A stretch of 62,401 nucleotides of DNA, filler included, from Sphacelaria rigidula (Eukaryota): NCBI GenBank assembly GCA_964200075.2. It is 10 parts of 10 records of this genome, joined end to end, with 100 filler letters (N's around TTAATTAATTAA, not from the genome) between each part and the next. Parts side by side here need not be neighbours in the genome. Positions count along the whole stretch, not along the records: positions 31,255 to 37,404 come from CAXNAA020021923.1; positions 37,505 to 43,654 come from CAXNAA020021924.1; positions 43,755 to 49,903 come from CAXNAA020021925.1; 7 more parts are not named here. One strand, given 5' to 3'. Below are positions 35,916 through 46,900 of this stretch, one piece after another. The first letter of the stretch is position 1. The number at the start of each line of letters is the position of its first letter. Under the pieces are notes generated by a model, which saw only the letters and a program-made list of their open reading frames with translations, made no database searches and was not told where the DNA came from. The position numbers and the translations under genes were made by a program.

Positions 35916-38900
35916 TGGTTTGGGGGGAGGGGGGGGGGCGTTATTGTGGCATCGATCAGGACCAAGGTCCTTTGAGAAGAGTTGAACCGATGATTAAAGC
36001 CTGTCCTAAACGCTGGGTCGTCGACTTTTTTCGTGAACCAGGACATCACGCGTCCCGTCCTCTTCCCACTGACGTCGAAATGCACCGTAAGGACAGGGTC
36101 TCAGAAGATTCAAACAGGATCTCGGGTTTTATGTACCGTATGCCGATAAAGTCATGGGTGAGCCGGGAAAACAGTTTACTTCGCTATAATTGCTCAGATC
36201 GTTGCTAGCAATATCCGTCGAGTTCGGCCATCATTGAATCCGTTTACTTCGTTCAGAGTTCAAGTATTGTGCAGGCCACCAGGTCAAAGAGACTTCGCTC
36301 ACATAGCGGCATCGGTTCCGACCGACACTGCTGCGTGCCACATCATTTACGACGGCTATCTGACAGTTGTCGCTACTGGGCAGACTCTCGTAGGCATCCA
36401 ATCCCTCGTCGATCTTTTATCAGGCAGCAGGGTCCGCCCACCTGTTGTAACGTAATTCTCGCAAAGCGGACACGAATCGGCTTGAACCGTGGCAAGTGTG
36501 TACCCTACAGGCAACGGCGTGGGCTTCTACAATTGTCCTCGGCCAGAGGTGCCCATAGCCAGGAGTTGGACACATGTAGCCCGCCCCTCGGGGGTGGAAA
36601 TCCGGCTTTCGAGCACTCAAGATTTAAACCGTTGAGGATTGCATGAGTCGGTTTCTTGGCTGATGTGTGTGCTTCTCTTGCCTCTTTGCATAGTTACCAT
36701 GCGCCCACTACTTCCAGTGGAAACATTGCTTGTTGCTACCGTGATAGTACTGGTTGTGGATAACAGAACACGGTGTGGAGAGGAATGCAGACAGGTACCG
36801 CAAAAGGTACAGTAACCAGCACCCAAGTGTTTTATTTTCGATCGAAGGCGAGTTCTTCGGGTTTTTCGATCAGCAAGACCGATCACGGATAACGTTTGAT
36901 CCCAAACTCCGAGGATCCATAGATCTTCGCGCCCGAATGAAAATCCGAAAATGTGATCGTTTATACCATTGATTTCGAACGACTTAGTTACGCGGTAACC
37001 GGTCTTCGGGGGTACCACGAGTATGCAACTTGAAGTTCTCGCTATTTGACATTTTGGCTCAACCGAATCGATCTAGATTGTTATGATGAACAGTTGACTT
37101 TCTATGATTCAACTTTCAATTTTCCTAGCTTATATTGTGCTACAGCCGAAAAATCGTGTTCTTGAACTAAATTCGATCGGTAAGATTCCCCCCCCCCTAC
37201 CCCCACCCCGACGCACCCATGGGGCAGTATAAAAGCCATGGCTGTCTCCGGAAGTGGCGACACCAGAAAGTAAAGCTGTCATCCAAATGCAAGATAATCA
37301 GTAGGCTTCGGGCTGAATAATTTAAGCAGGATGCAGCCCACCCTTCATACGACTCACCAAGCACATCACGGCGCTGCGCGCTTGGTGGTTTGAGTGCGAG
37401 CCTGNNNNNNNNNNNNNNNNNNNNNNNNNNNNNNNNNNNNNNNNNNNNTTAATTAATTAANNNNNNNNNNNNNNNNNNNNNNNNNNNNNNNNNNNNNNNN
37501 NNNNCCTTTCTTGGGCAAAAAACGAGAAGGTATACCTTTTGTTGGCCATTGCCCTAATCGTTTCAATGATTGGTCTCTGATTCCTTGTGTCCATCATGGA
37601 AATACTTACGATATTCTGGACACACTGTGTTTTATGGTATATGGATTGATTATTGATTGTGGGTCTTATTTTTTGTATTTTTTATTTTGTATTTTTTATT
37701 TTATTTTTCATGGCCCCATCCGAAGAACTCACGGAACATGAGGACACCCAGTCACTGTATCGGTTCGATTTTTTTTCCCTTTATTTGTGCTTGTGCTTTT
37801 ATTTCTTATTTTTTTGTGTACATCGCCCCTTCCCGTTCTCCGTACCAAAGAGGACTCGATCTTCCAACGGAGTCTCAATTTTCTGTGGTGTGGGAGAGGT
37901 GTGCCTCGATGCAAGTTCGCCCCTTCTGAAAAGCGACTGCACTTGAACGATCCAGGGTGGGCTAATGTGATGGTAAATGACTGTGTCTGAATTAAAAGTA
38001 GTTTGGAATTTCCGGATCCCCAGAAAAGACCGACGGGTATGGAAAGATTCTAGTCGAATGTGTGTTGTGGTAAGGCAGGATTGGATTGTTGACGCAGCTG
38101 GTTGAAGGTAGATAGATTGTACCCGATTAGCCGCGTGTACCTGCTGCTACTATAGCGTTGTTTGGCAAAAGGCACAGCACGTCACGGTAATTTTGTATTA
38201 TGAAAAATTGTAAGCGAGGCAGGAGGTGTTGGGAAAACAGCGAACCATAGCTGCTCCCCACCTCCAGCCACTTGCAACCCACCTGCCAGAGAAACAGCTA
38301 CCGTAGAACTAATCACAAGAAAGACCATCAGCTTTTCATCTGCTCTACGCGACGTCTCATCTCCTGCAGGCAAGCCGTGACGAGCTATAACGAGAGTAAG
38401 CCACGAGTAATATAAGCCTTTTTGTGTGTCAATTGGTGTTTCCTTTTTCCGAAAGAGCTCGGTACTTACTTTCAATAACAACAGCTGTCTGCTGTTGACG
38501 AGTGCCTTGTGTGAGAGAGACCCTACTGTTTGACTTAACGAGCCGAAAACAGGACCAGTGTGTCACACACTCACCCATCTTGGGTTGTGGCTTGCTCTGC
38601 TTTCCGATACTACCACAAATGTGCATATCGCGCGTGTGCTGCTGTTGCACTCGGTAACAACAGCGCTCGGCAACAGCTTGTTAGTAGCACGGGCTCTAGT
38701 TGAGCAGAGGACGTGGCTATGGCAGGCGACACTGGCGACGTGTGGAAGTCGACAGCATGCTGTACACGATCCGTGGTAAGTGGGAGTGTGCGATCGCTGG
38801 GGGCAAACCAAAAACGGTCCGTGAGCGAGAAGCGAGCAATGCTTCTCCCGTTTCGATTTTGTTTCGTCCCGCGACACGAAAAGTGCAGATCGCGCGTGTG

Positions 38901-40747
38901 CTGCTTTTTCACTCGGTAACAACAGCGCTCGGCAACAGCTTGTTGGTAGCACCAACGCTAGCTGAGCAGAGGGAGTGGCTATAGCGAGCAACAACATAGC
39001 GACGAGTGGCAGTCGGCAGCATGCTGGACACGATCCATGGTGTGTTGGTGTGTGCCATCGCCGGGTGCAAAAAGGAAACGATCCCTGGGTGAGGAGCGCG
39101 CGATGCTTTTGCCGTTTCTGTTCTGTTTCGTCGTGCGACACGAAGAGTGCAGATCGCGCGTGTGCTGCTGTTGCACTCAGTAGCAACAGCGCTCGGCAGA
39201 AGCTTGCTGGTAGCACGGGCTCCCGCTGAGCAGAGGGGGTGGCCATAGCGAGCGACACCTGACAACGTGTGGCAGTCGGCAGCATGCTGGACACGATCCA
39301 TGGTGCGTTGGTGCATGCAGTAACTGAGTGCGAAATGGAAACAATCCGTGGGCTAGAAAAAGCGAGCGATGCATTTGCCGTTTTGATACTATTTCGTCGC
39401 GCGACACGAGAAGTGCAGATCGCGCGTGTGCTGCTGCTGCACTCGGTAACAACAGCGCTCGGCAACAGCTTGTTGGTAGCACGGGCTCTCGCTGAGCACA
39501 GAAACAGGCTCTAGCGAGCGACACCTGACGGCGTGTTGCAGTCGGCAGCATGCTGTATTCCACGGTACGTGGGTGTGTGCAATCGCTGGAGGCGAGGAAT
39601 CAACGATCCGTGGGCGAGAAGCGCGCGATGCACTTTTTGTTTTGATTTTGTCCCCTAGCACGACACGAAAAGTGTAGATGACGCGTGTGCTGCTGTTGTA
39701 CTCGGTAACAACAGCGCTCGGCAACAGCTTGTTGGTAGCACGGGCTCTCGCTGTGCAGAGGACGTGGCTATAGCGACTGACACCTGACGACGTGTTGCAG
39801 TCGGCAGCATGCTGTACACAATCCATGGTGCGTTGGTGCGTGCGATCGCCGGGTGCAAAAAGGAAACAGTCCGTGAGCGAGAAGCAAGCAATGCTTCTCT
39901 CGTTTCGATTATGTTTTGTCGCTCGTCACGAAAAATGCAGATCTCGCGTGTGCTGCTGTTGCACTCGGTAACAACAGCGCTCGGCAACAGCTTGTTGGTA
40001 GCTCGGGCGCAAGCTGAGCGAAGGGAGTGGCTATAGCGTGCGACAACGTAGCGATGTGTGGCAGTCGGCAGCATGCTGGACACGATCCATGGCGCGTTGG
40101 TGTGTGCGATCGCCGGGTGAAAAACAAAAAGGATCCCCGGGCGAGAAGCGCGCTATGCTTTTGCCGTTTCTGTTCTGTTCCGTCGCGCGACACGAAAAGT
40201 GCAGATCGCGCTTGTGCTGCTGTTGCACTCGGTAACAACAGCACGCGGCAGAAGCTTGCTGGTAGCACGGGCTCTCGCCGAGCAGAGGGAGTGGCCATAG
40301 CGAGCGACACCTGACGGCGTGTTGGAGTCGGCAGCACGCTGTACACGATCCATGGTGCGTTGGTGTGTGCGATCACTGAGTGCGAAATGGAAACAACCCG
40401 CGGGCTAGAAAAAGCGAGCGATGCATTTGCCGTTTTGATACTGTTTCGTCGTGCGACACGAGAAGTGCAGATCGCGGGTGTGCTGCTGCTGCACTCGGTA
40501 GCAACAGCGCTCGGCAACAGCTTGTTGGTAGCACGGGCTCTCGCTGAGTGGAGGAAGTGGCTTTAGCGAGCAACACCTGACGGCGTGTTGCAGTCGGCAG
40601 CATGCTGTACACGATTCATGGTGCGTTGGTGCGTGCAGTCACTGAGTGCGAAATGGAAACAATCCGTAGGATACAAAAAGCAAGCGATGCATTTGCCGTT
40701 TTGATATTGTTCCGTCGCGCGACACGAAAAGGGCAGGTAGCACGTGT

Positions 40748-41174
40748 AACACGGGATCCCCACAAATTAGGGATGGATCTTTTATTGGGGACGAAAAACC
40801 CGGAAAATTGAAATCTTCGTATCCACACAAAATCGTTGAAATATGGTTCCATTTCTTCAACGACTGAAAGCTATTGATAACTGCTACACACTATAGGAAT
40901 TTGGACTTCGATCACGGGAATATTGGGGTTCTAGGTGAAAAACCAATTTCGGAACCATTTTGGCGTCCGTTCGCACCTCCGAAATTCCCTAGAATTGGTG
41001 TTTCACCTGCGACGCCATTGATTCGGTTATCGATATCCAAATTTCTATGTCGTGAAGCAGTTGTCAAGAGCTATGAGTAGGTGGAGAAATGGAATAACAT
41101 TTTGAAGATTTCGCGTGGATACCAAGGTTTTGATGCTCTGGTTTTCTCATCCCCAACTTGTAAGATCCCGTGTT
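40748..41174. mobile_element. MITE inserted in the satellite, 4-bp TSD GTGT
   Basis: TIRs AACACGGGATC..ACAA.TT.GGGATG / CATCCCCAACTTGTAAGATCCCGTGTT plus longer imperfect inner arms. GTGT occurs at 40744-40747 and 41175-41178, and removing the element restores a satellite unit. Confidence 0.85.
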
Positions 41175-43120
41175 GTGTGCTGCTGTTGCACTCGGCAACA
41201 ACAGCGCTCGGCAACAGCTTGTTGGTAGCACGGGCGCTAGCTGAGCAGAGGGAGTGGTTATAGCGAGCGACAACACAGCGACGTGTGGCAGTCGGCAGCA
41301 CGCTGTCCACGATCTGTGGTAAGTGGGAGTGTGCAATGGTTGGATGCGGAATGGAAACAATCCATGGGCTAGGAAAAGCGGGCGATACTTTTACCGTTTC
41401 GGTTCTGTTCCGTCGCGCGACACGAAAAGGGCGGTTCGCGCGTATGCTACTGTTGCACTCGGTGACAACGGCGCTCGGCAACAGCTTGTTGGAAGCACGG
41501 GCTTCCGCTGAGCAAAGGGAGTGGCTATAGCGAGCGACAACGTAGCGACGTGTGGTAGTCGGCAGCATCTGTACACCATCCATGATGCGTTGATGTGTGC
41601 GATCGCCGGGTGCAAAACACAAACGATCCCTGGGCGAGAAGCGCGCTATGATTTTGCCGTTTCTGTTCTGTTCCGTCGCGCGACACCAAAAGTGAAGATC
41701 GCGCGTGTGCTGCTGTTGCACTCGGTATCAACAGCGCTCGGCAACAGCTTGCTGGTAGCACGGGCTCTCGCCGAACAGAGGACGTGGCTATAGCGACTGA
41801 CACCTGACGATTTGTTGAAGTCGGCAGCATGCTGTACACGATCCATGGTGCGTTGGTGCGTGCGAACGCTGGGTGCGAAATGGAAACAACACGTGGGCTA
41901 GAAAAAGCAAGCGATGCATTTGCCGTTTTGATCTTGTTTCGTCGCGCGACACGAGAAGTGCAGATCGCGCGTGTGCTGCTGTTGCACTCGGTAACAACAG
42001 CGCTCGGCAAGAGCTTGTAGGTAGCACGGGCTCTCGCTGAGCGGAGGACGTGGCTCTAGCCAGCCACAACATAGCGATGTGTTGTAGTCGGGAGCATGCT
42101 GAACACGATCCATGGTGCGTTGGTGTGTGCGACCGCTAGATGCGGGAAGGAAACAATCCGTGGGCGAGAAAAAGCGAGCAAAGCTTTTGCCGTTTCGATT
42201 TTGTTCCGTCGTGCAAAACGAAAAGTGCAAATCGCGCGCGTGTGCTGCTGTTGCACTCGGTAACAACAGCGCTTGGTAACAGCTTGTAGGTAGCACGGGC
42301 TCTCGCTGAGCAGAGGACGTGGCTATAGCAAACCACAACATATCGACGTGTCGCAGTCGGCAGCATGCTGTACACCATCCATTGTGCGTGAGTGTGTGCG
42401 ATCGCTGCGTGCGAACTGGAAACTATCCGTAGGCTGGAAGCAAGCGATGTATTTGCCCTTTCGATTTTGCTTCGTCGCGCGACACGAGAAGTGCAGATCG
42501 CGTGTGTGCTGCTGTTGCACTCGGTAGCAACAGCACTCGGCAGCAGCTTGTTGGTAGCACGGGCTCTCGCTGTGCAGAGGACGTGGCTATACCGACTGAC
42601 ACCTGACGACGTGTTGCAGTCGGCAGCATGCTGTACACAATCCATGGTGCGTTGGTGCGTGCGAACGCTGGGTGCGAAATGGAAACAACACGTGGGCTAG
42701 AAAAAGCAAGCGATGCATTTGCCGTTTTGATCTTGTTTCGTCGCGCGACACGAAGAGTGCAGATCGCGCGTGTGCTGCTGTTGCACTCGGTAACAACAGC
42801 GCTCGGCAAGAGCTTGTAGGTAGCACGGGCTCTCGCTGAGCGGAGGACGTGGCTCTAGCCAGCCACAACATGGCGGCGTGTTGCAGTCGGCAGCATGCTG
42901 GACGCGATCCATTGTGCGTGAGTGTGTGCGATTGCTGCGTGCGAACTGCAAACTATCCGTAGGCTGGAAGCGAGCGATGTATTTTCCCTTTCGATTTTGT
43001 TTCGTCGCGCGACACGAAAAGTGCATATCGCGCGTGTGCTGCTGTTGCACTCGGTAACAACAGCGCTTGGCAACAGCTTGTTGGTAGCACGGGCTCTCGC
43101 TGAGCAGAGGAAGTGGCTCT

Positions 43121-43378
43121 GAGTGATGCTGCGATAGGGTCTGCACTTTTGGGGCCAAAACCGGCCTGATTCAGGGGTTCCTGAAATTAGGAACTACAAA
43201 AGAGTATGGGTCAGGATATCCCCGTTTGCAAATTCATTCGGGATATCCCGAGCAAATTGGAAGAAAAACCCTGGCGTACTCTCACCTATTTCGAAAGTCG
43301 TGTTTCGGATAAGATAAAGGGTTCCTGACATTTCTACTCTCAGGCCGTGAAAGTGCTGACCCTGTCGCAGCATCACTC
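43121..43378. mobile_element. MITE with GAG...CTC termini and 4-bp TSD CTCT (Sola-like)
   Basis: TIRs GAGTGATGCTGCGATAGGGTC / GACCCTGTCGCAGCATCACTC. CTCT occurs at 43117-43120 and 43379-43382. The element interrupts the satellite motif gtggctctagcgagcg. Confidence 0.85.
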
Positions 43379-43942
43379 CTCTAGCGAGCGATATCATAGC
43401 GACGTGTTGCAGTCGGCAGCATGATATACACTCATAGTTATCATCGATCCATTCCTCCATCATCTTGTGGACGCATCACTGTCGCCCGTCGGGGAGTTAG
43501 CGCCTATCGACGTGCCAGCTTTCGTAATACCTCGGAACGTGCGTTGTGCGCGGAATCTGCAGCAGGTGGCATGGTGCACTTGCGGAAGCACTGGGGGGGG
43601 GGGAGTGTTGGTGTGAACAGCCTTTTCAGTGTAGTCTACAGTACTGACAAACCANNNNNNNNNNNNNNNNNNNNNNNNNNNNNNNNNNNNNNNNNNNNTT
43701 AATTAATTAANNNNNNNNNNNNNNNNNNNNNNNNNNNNNNNNNNNNNNNNNNNNTTTTTTTTCTTCTTTGCGGTGGCGTTCGGCCGCCAGGGCCTCAAAA
43801 GTTTTTGTGTGGCCAAACCTTTGGTTGCCCCCCCCCCCCCCTGCCCTCCTTCTCGTTTTCTTCACCTTGTTCACCTCGTCTCTTGTATATTTGTTTTGTT
43901 CTTGCCCGTATGTGTAATTACGTACATATGTTCTTTCTGAAG

Positions 43943-46900
43943 ATCTACGACGGCAGAGACGGAGATCTTTGTCAGGGCCTGCTCCGCAATCGAAGCGCGT
44001 TTGGAGCATAAGGTGAAAAAGAAAAAAAAATGCCCTACATATAATTAAAACGCCTGTATTGTACGCACAGTTTTTTTTCCATCTCTTACTGGAAGTCGTA
44101 TGATTGCTAACCCTTCTTTTTTGTTTTAACGTCATGGTTTGCGGTCACCGCGATCCTCGCATTCCTGTTCGTGTGTCGTGTTTTTGAAAAGTTGTTTCGT
44201 GTCTGGCATTATCATATAATGGACACTTTTTACGATAGCCCCCCCCCCAAAAAAAACAAAAAGTGCCTGTTCTGGGAAGGCAAAATCTTCCACGCGTCGG
44301 ACAGCTCATGAGCTAACTACCTGAAATGGCGACTCGAACAGAACTGTCATATCCATTGTACAAAAATACAGAACACGTGACAGCAGTGTCCGAAAAGCCG
44401 AAGCGTTACCTTCCCGCTACACCGCGTGCCCGGTGTCCATCGCTGTCGGGACCTCATGCGGAAATTGTGGCCAAATGAGCTGTTAATAATAGCTCATGAT
44501 CAGGATCAGTTCTCTAATAAGAAGTAATTTCCAGGTAGCTCATCATGAGGTGTCCGACGTGTGAAATCTTCACGTAAACCGAAGTGAAGAATGCCGAGCA
44601 CAACGAGCAGCTGGAAATTCCCACGCTTGGGTTCGTTCTCGCCAATGTCACCCATATGAGGCGTTTCATGTAGCCTGAATCCACACATCTCTGTATGTCC
44701 TTTTTTTCCCGTGACACTTCTGGACTGGTTTTGGGGGGAGGGCTATCGTAGAAAGTGTCAGTTATGATATATCAAGATTTTGTGTTGGTGAAATAATTTT
44801 TTCTGCAAAGCAAGTCTCGTTTGGATCCAGGTTGGTTCACTATTGTATACTGTGTGTGTAGATCTCACGGTGATTATTCCATCGTGCGTCACGAATTGCA
44901 TGTCGGAACACAAGAGCGGAGAACGGCGTCGCAATGGCGAAAGTACAGATCATTTCCATTTAAATCCGTGCTGCACGTCGATTGTATATGTGCCACACGT
45001 AGTATATTAAATAATTGTTTGTTTAAGGATGGAATGGAAATGTTTGTTGTGATGGATTTTTTTTTTACTTTTTGGACAAGGGGAAAACAATTTATCACTG
45101 CGCACTTTTTGTAGTAACTCAATGTAATGCCAAATATCCGGGTGTTCTCGCACTGGAGATCCTAGCATTTTCGGGCCCAATAATGGCATGAACATCACCA
45201 TAAATAGGATGAACATGTTGACACGAGCAAGGTACGAGCTGGGCCAGTTGACAGTGATGTACGAATGTATCCGGGCCGAGCGGGGGGTTATCCGAAGCCT
45301 TGGGCGCTGAGAATTTGGCTCGACATTTTTATCATCACTACGCACAACCTTCCCGGGGATGCCGAGAAGAAGAAGAAACAGAAAGTCGAAGCGATTTGAA
45401 GTGTATTCAGAAACTAGGAAAATGCTATAACTCCGTGAAAATAAAGAAATACGGGGGCATCTCTGGTGTAGTTGTGCGTCCTTGTGTGGAGGAGATCCTG
45501 GTAAAATATCGGCCAAAAATTCCAGATATTCGGCGCAGCATCCAACTTTTCGTGTGGCACGGCTGCGCTCGTTTAATTCAAGTGATGCAGTTGACTCCAG
45601 TTCTTGAGGTCACGAGTTCGAATCCCAACGGAGTCTTTTTTTTTGTTCCGTCGGTTAGGTGATAACATGAATTATGCAGTACATTTTTTCATCTTTTTTT
45701 CTCATTCAACGGCAGTCCCGTGCGCTACCACGTTGGTCTGCAGGTCACATCGATATACTCAAGTCGGACTGATTTGGTAAACTTGAGGAGTTATGATGTC
45801 ACATGCAAATGCGGGGATTCACTGCTGGCCCAGCTCGCACATGTATGATAAGGCCAGAAAAATCTGTAAGATTGGAAACGCCCACGTTACGCGAGGGCTT
45901 CCGGCATGCCTCGGGTTGAGGTTAGCGTTTTGGTTAGGGTGAATGTTAGTTTTCATTTATTTTTGAGATTATTCATTTATTTTATTGCTGAACTTGGAAC
46001 CCCTCCCGGCCCTCGGGATGAGTCCGTGGTCTCAAGGAATCAACCCATCGCGAGACGCCCCCGGTCCCCGCCTTGCATTTTGGTCTCGCGGGTTGGGTCA
46101 TGACTATCAGCTCTCCCGCACCGCGTTAACTCACGTCAAACAAACTCAGTGGACCACTTTGTTTACTCATGTTGTCCCGCTTTCCACGGTGGATATCAGA
46201 CATAACGAAGAAAAAACCCAGCGCATCGGGAATCGAACCCTCGTTCTCATGGCGACAGTCGGACCGTTACACCACCGGGGCGCGGCATTTTGATTTCGGT
46301 CATTTCCGAAGACGCTATGCCAATCGCTTCTACGACAAACACGTAACAGCATGACTCGTCGTAGGTGCCGAATGGAGCGAAACGCGCGGTGCGCACGATG
46401 GAAGCGCACTCGGGACTGTGAGCCCGCTAAACATCTCACACACCCGGACAGATCATGATCTGTCTGAGAATTACTTCTTCTCAGTATAGCGATCTGGATC
46501 ATGATCCGGATCATTGGGCTCCCCCTTTTCCACGTTTGCTCCTTACAGCGCCGGACGCTGAGCGCGCCGAGTAGCGCAAAGGATGCGCTTTGGCTTTTTC
46601 TGACTCCACGATCACATATTTTGTGGGGGGGTTTTGGAACAACGGATTCGAGGGTCTTCTTTGATATATATCAGACAGATCATGATTTGTCCGACGTGTG
46701 AACGATCTGAATCTGATGGGTCCTACCGTAAACTGAAACCAAGTATTTTTCAACCGTTGTGATTCGTCCATGAACTCACGTAAACGCTACCGGGAACGAC
46801 GACCCTGAATGGTGGTGCTAGCCTTGGACCGATCATCTTGTTACACACAGTTGTGTCTAGTCTTGTATTGGGTCGGTCAAATTGTCCGTGGATAGAAGAC

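Larger units (their letters stand above)
38621..43430. repeat. Tandem satellite, ~16 units of ~260-270 bp, with higher-order structure
   Basis: The conserved core gtgctgctgttgcactcggtaacaacagcgctcggcaacagcttgttggtagcacgggc recurs at ~38636, 38898, 39162, 39428, 39687, 39950, 40214, 40480, 41177, 41444, 41707, 41973, 42242, 42506, 42772 and 43036. Confidence 0.95.

Noticed and set aside
36234..36455. Third S74 exon (DGYLTV…)
   Set aside because: It lacks the expected Y..L...L..A.KEL coiled-coil pattern and a suitable phase-2 acceptor. The terminal exon was not found in this contig.
38328..38363. Possible terminal exon EMRRRVEQMKS* on the minus strand
   Set aside because: The acceptor is good, but it is too short to support without upstream exons.
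39775..39870. Hammerhead ribozyme/retrozyme in the satellite (CTGACGA followed by a stem)
   Set aside because: The stem is followed by ATCC, not GAAA, and CTGANGA is absent from many units.
38563..43158. Many overlapping ORFs (up to 300 aa) in the satellite, or a tandem-exon array (IARVLLLHS, ankyrin-like)
   Set aside because: Unit lengths vary by non-multiples of three, stops recur, and the candidate AG acceptor is lost in several units.
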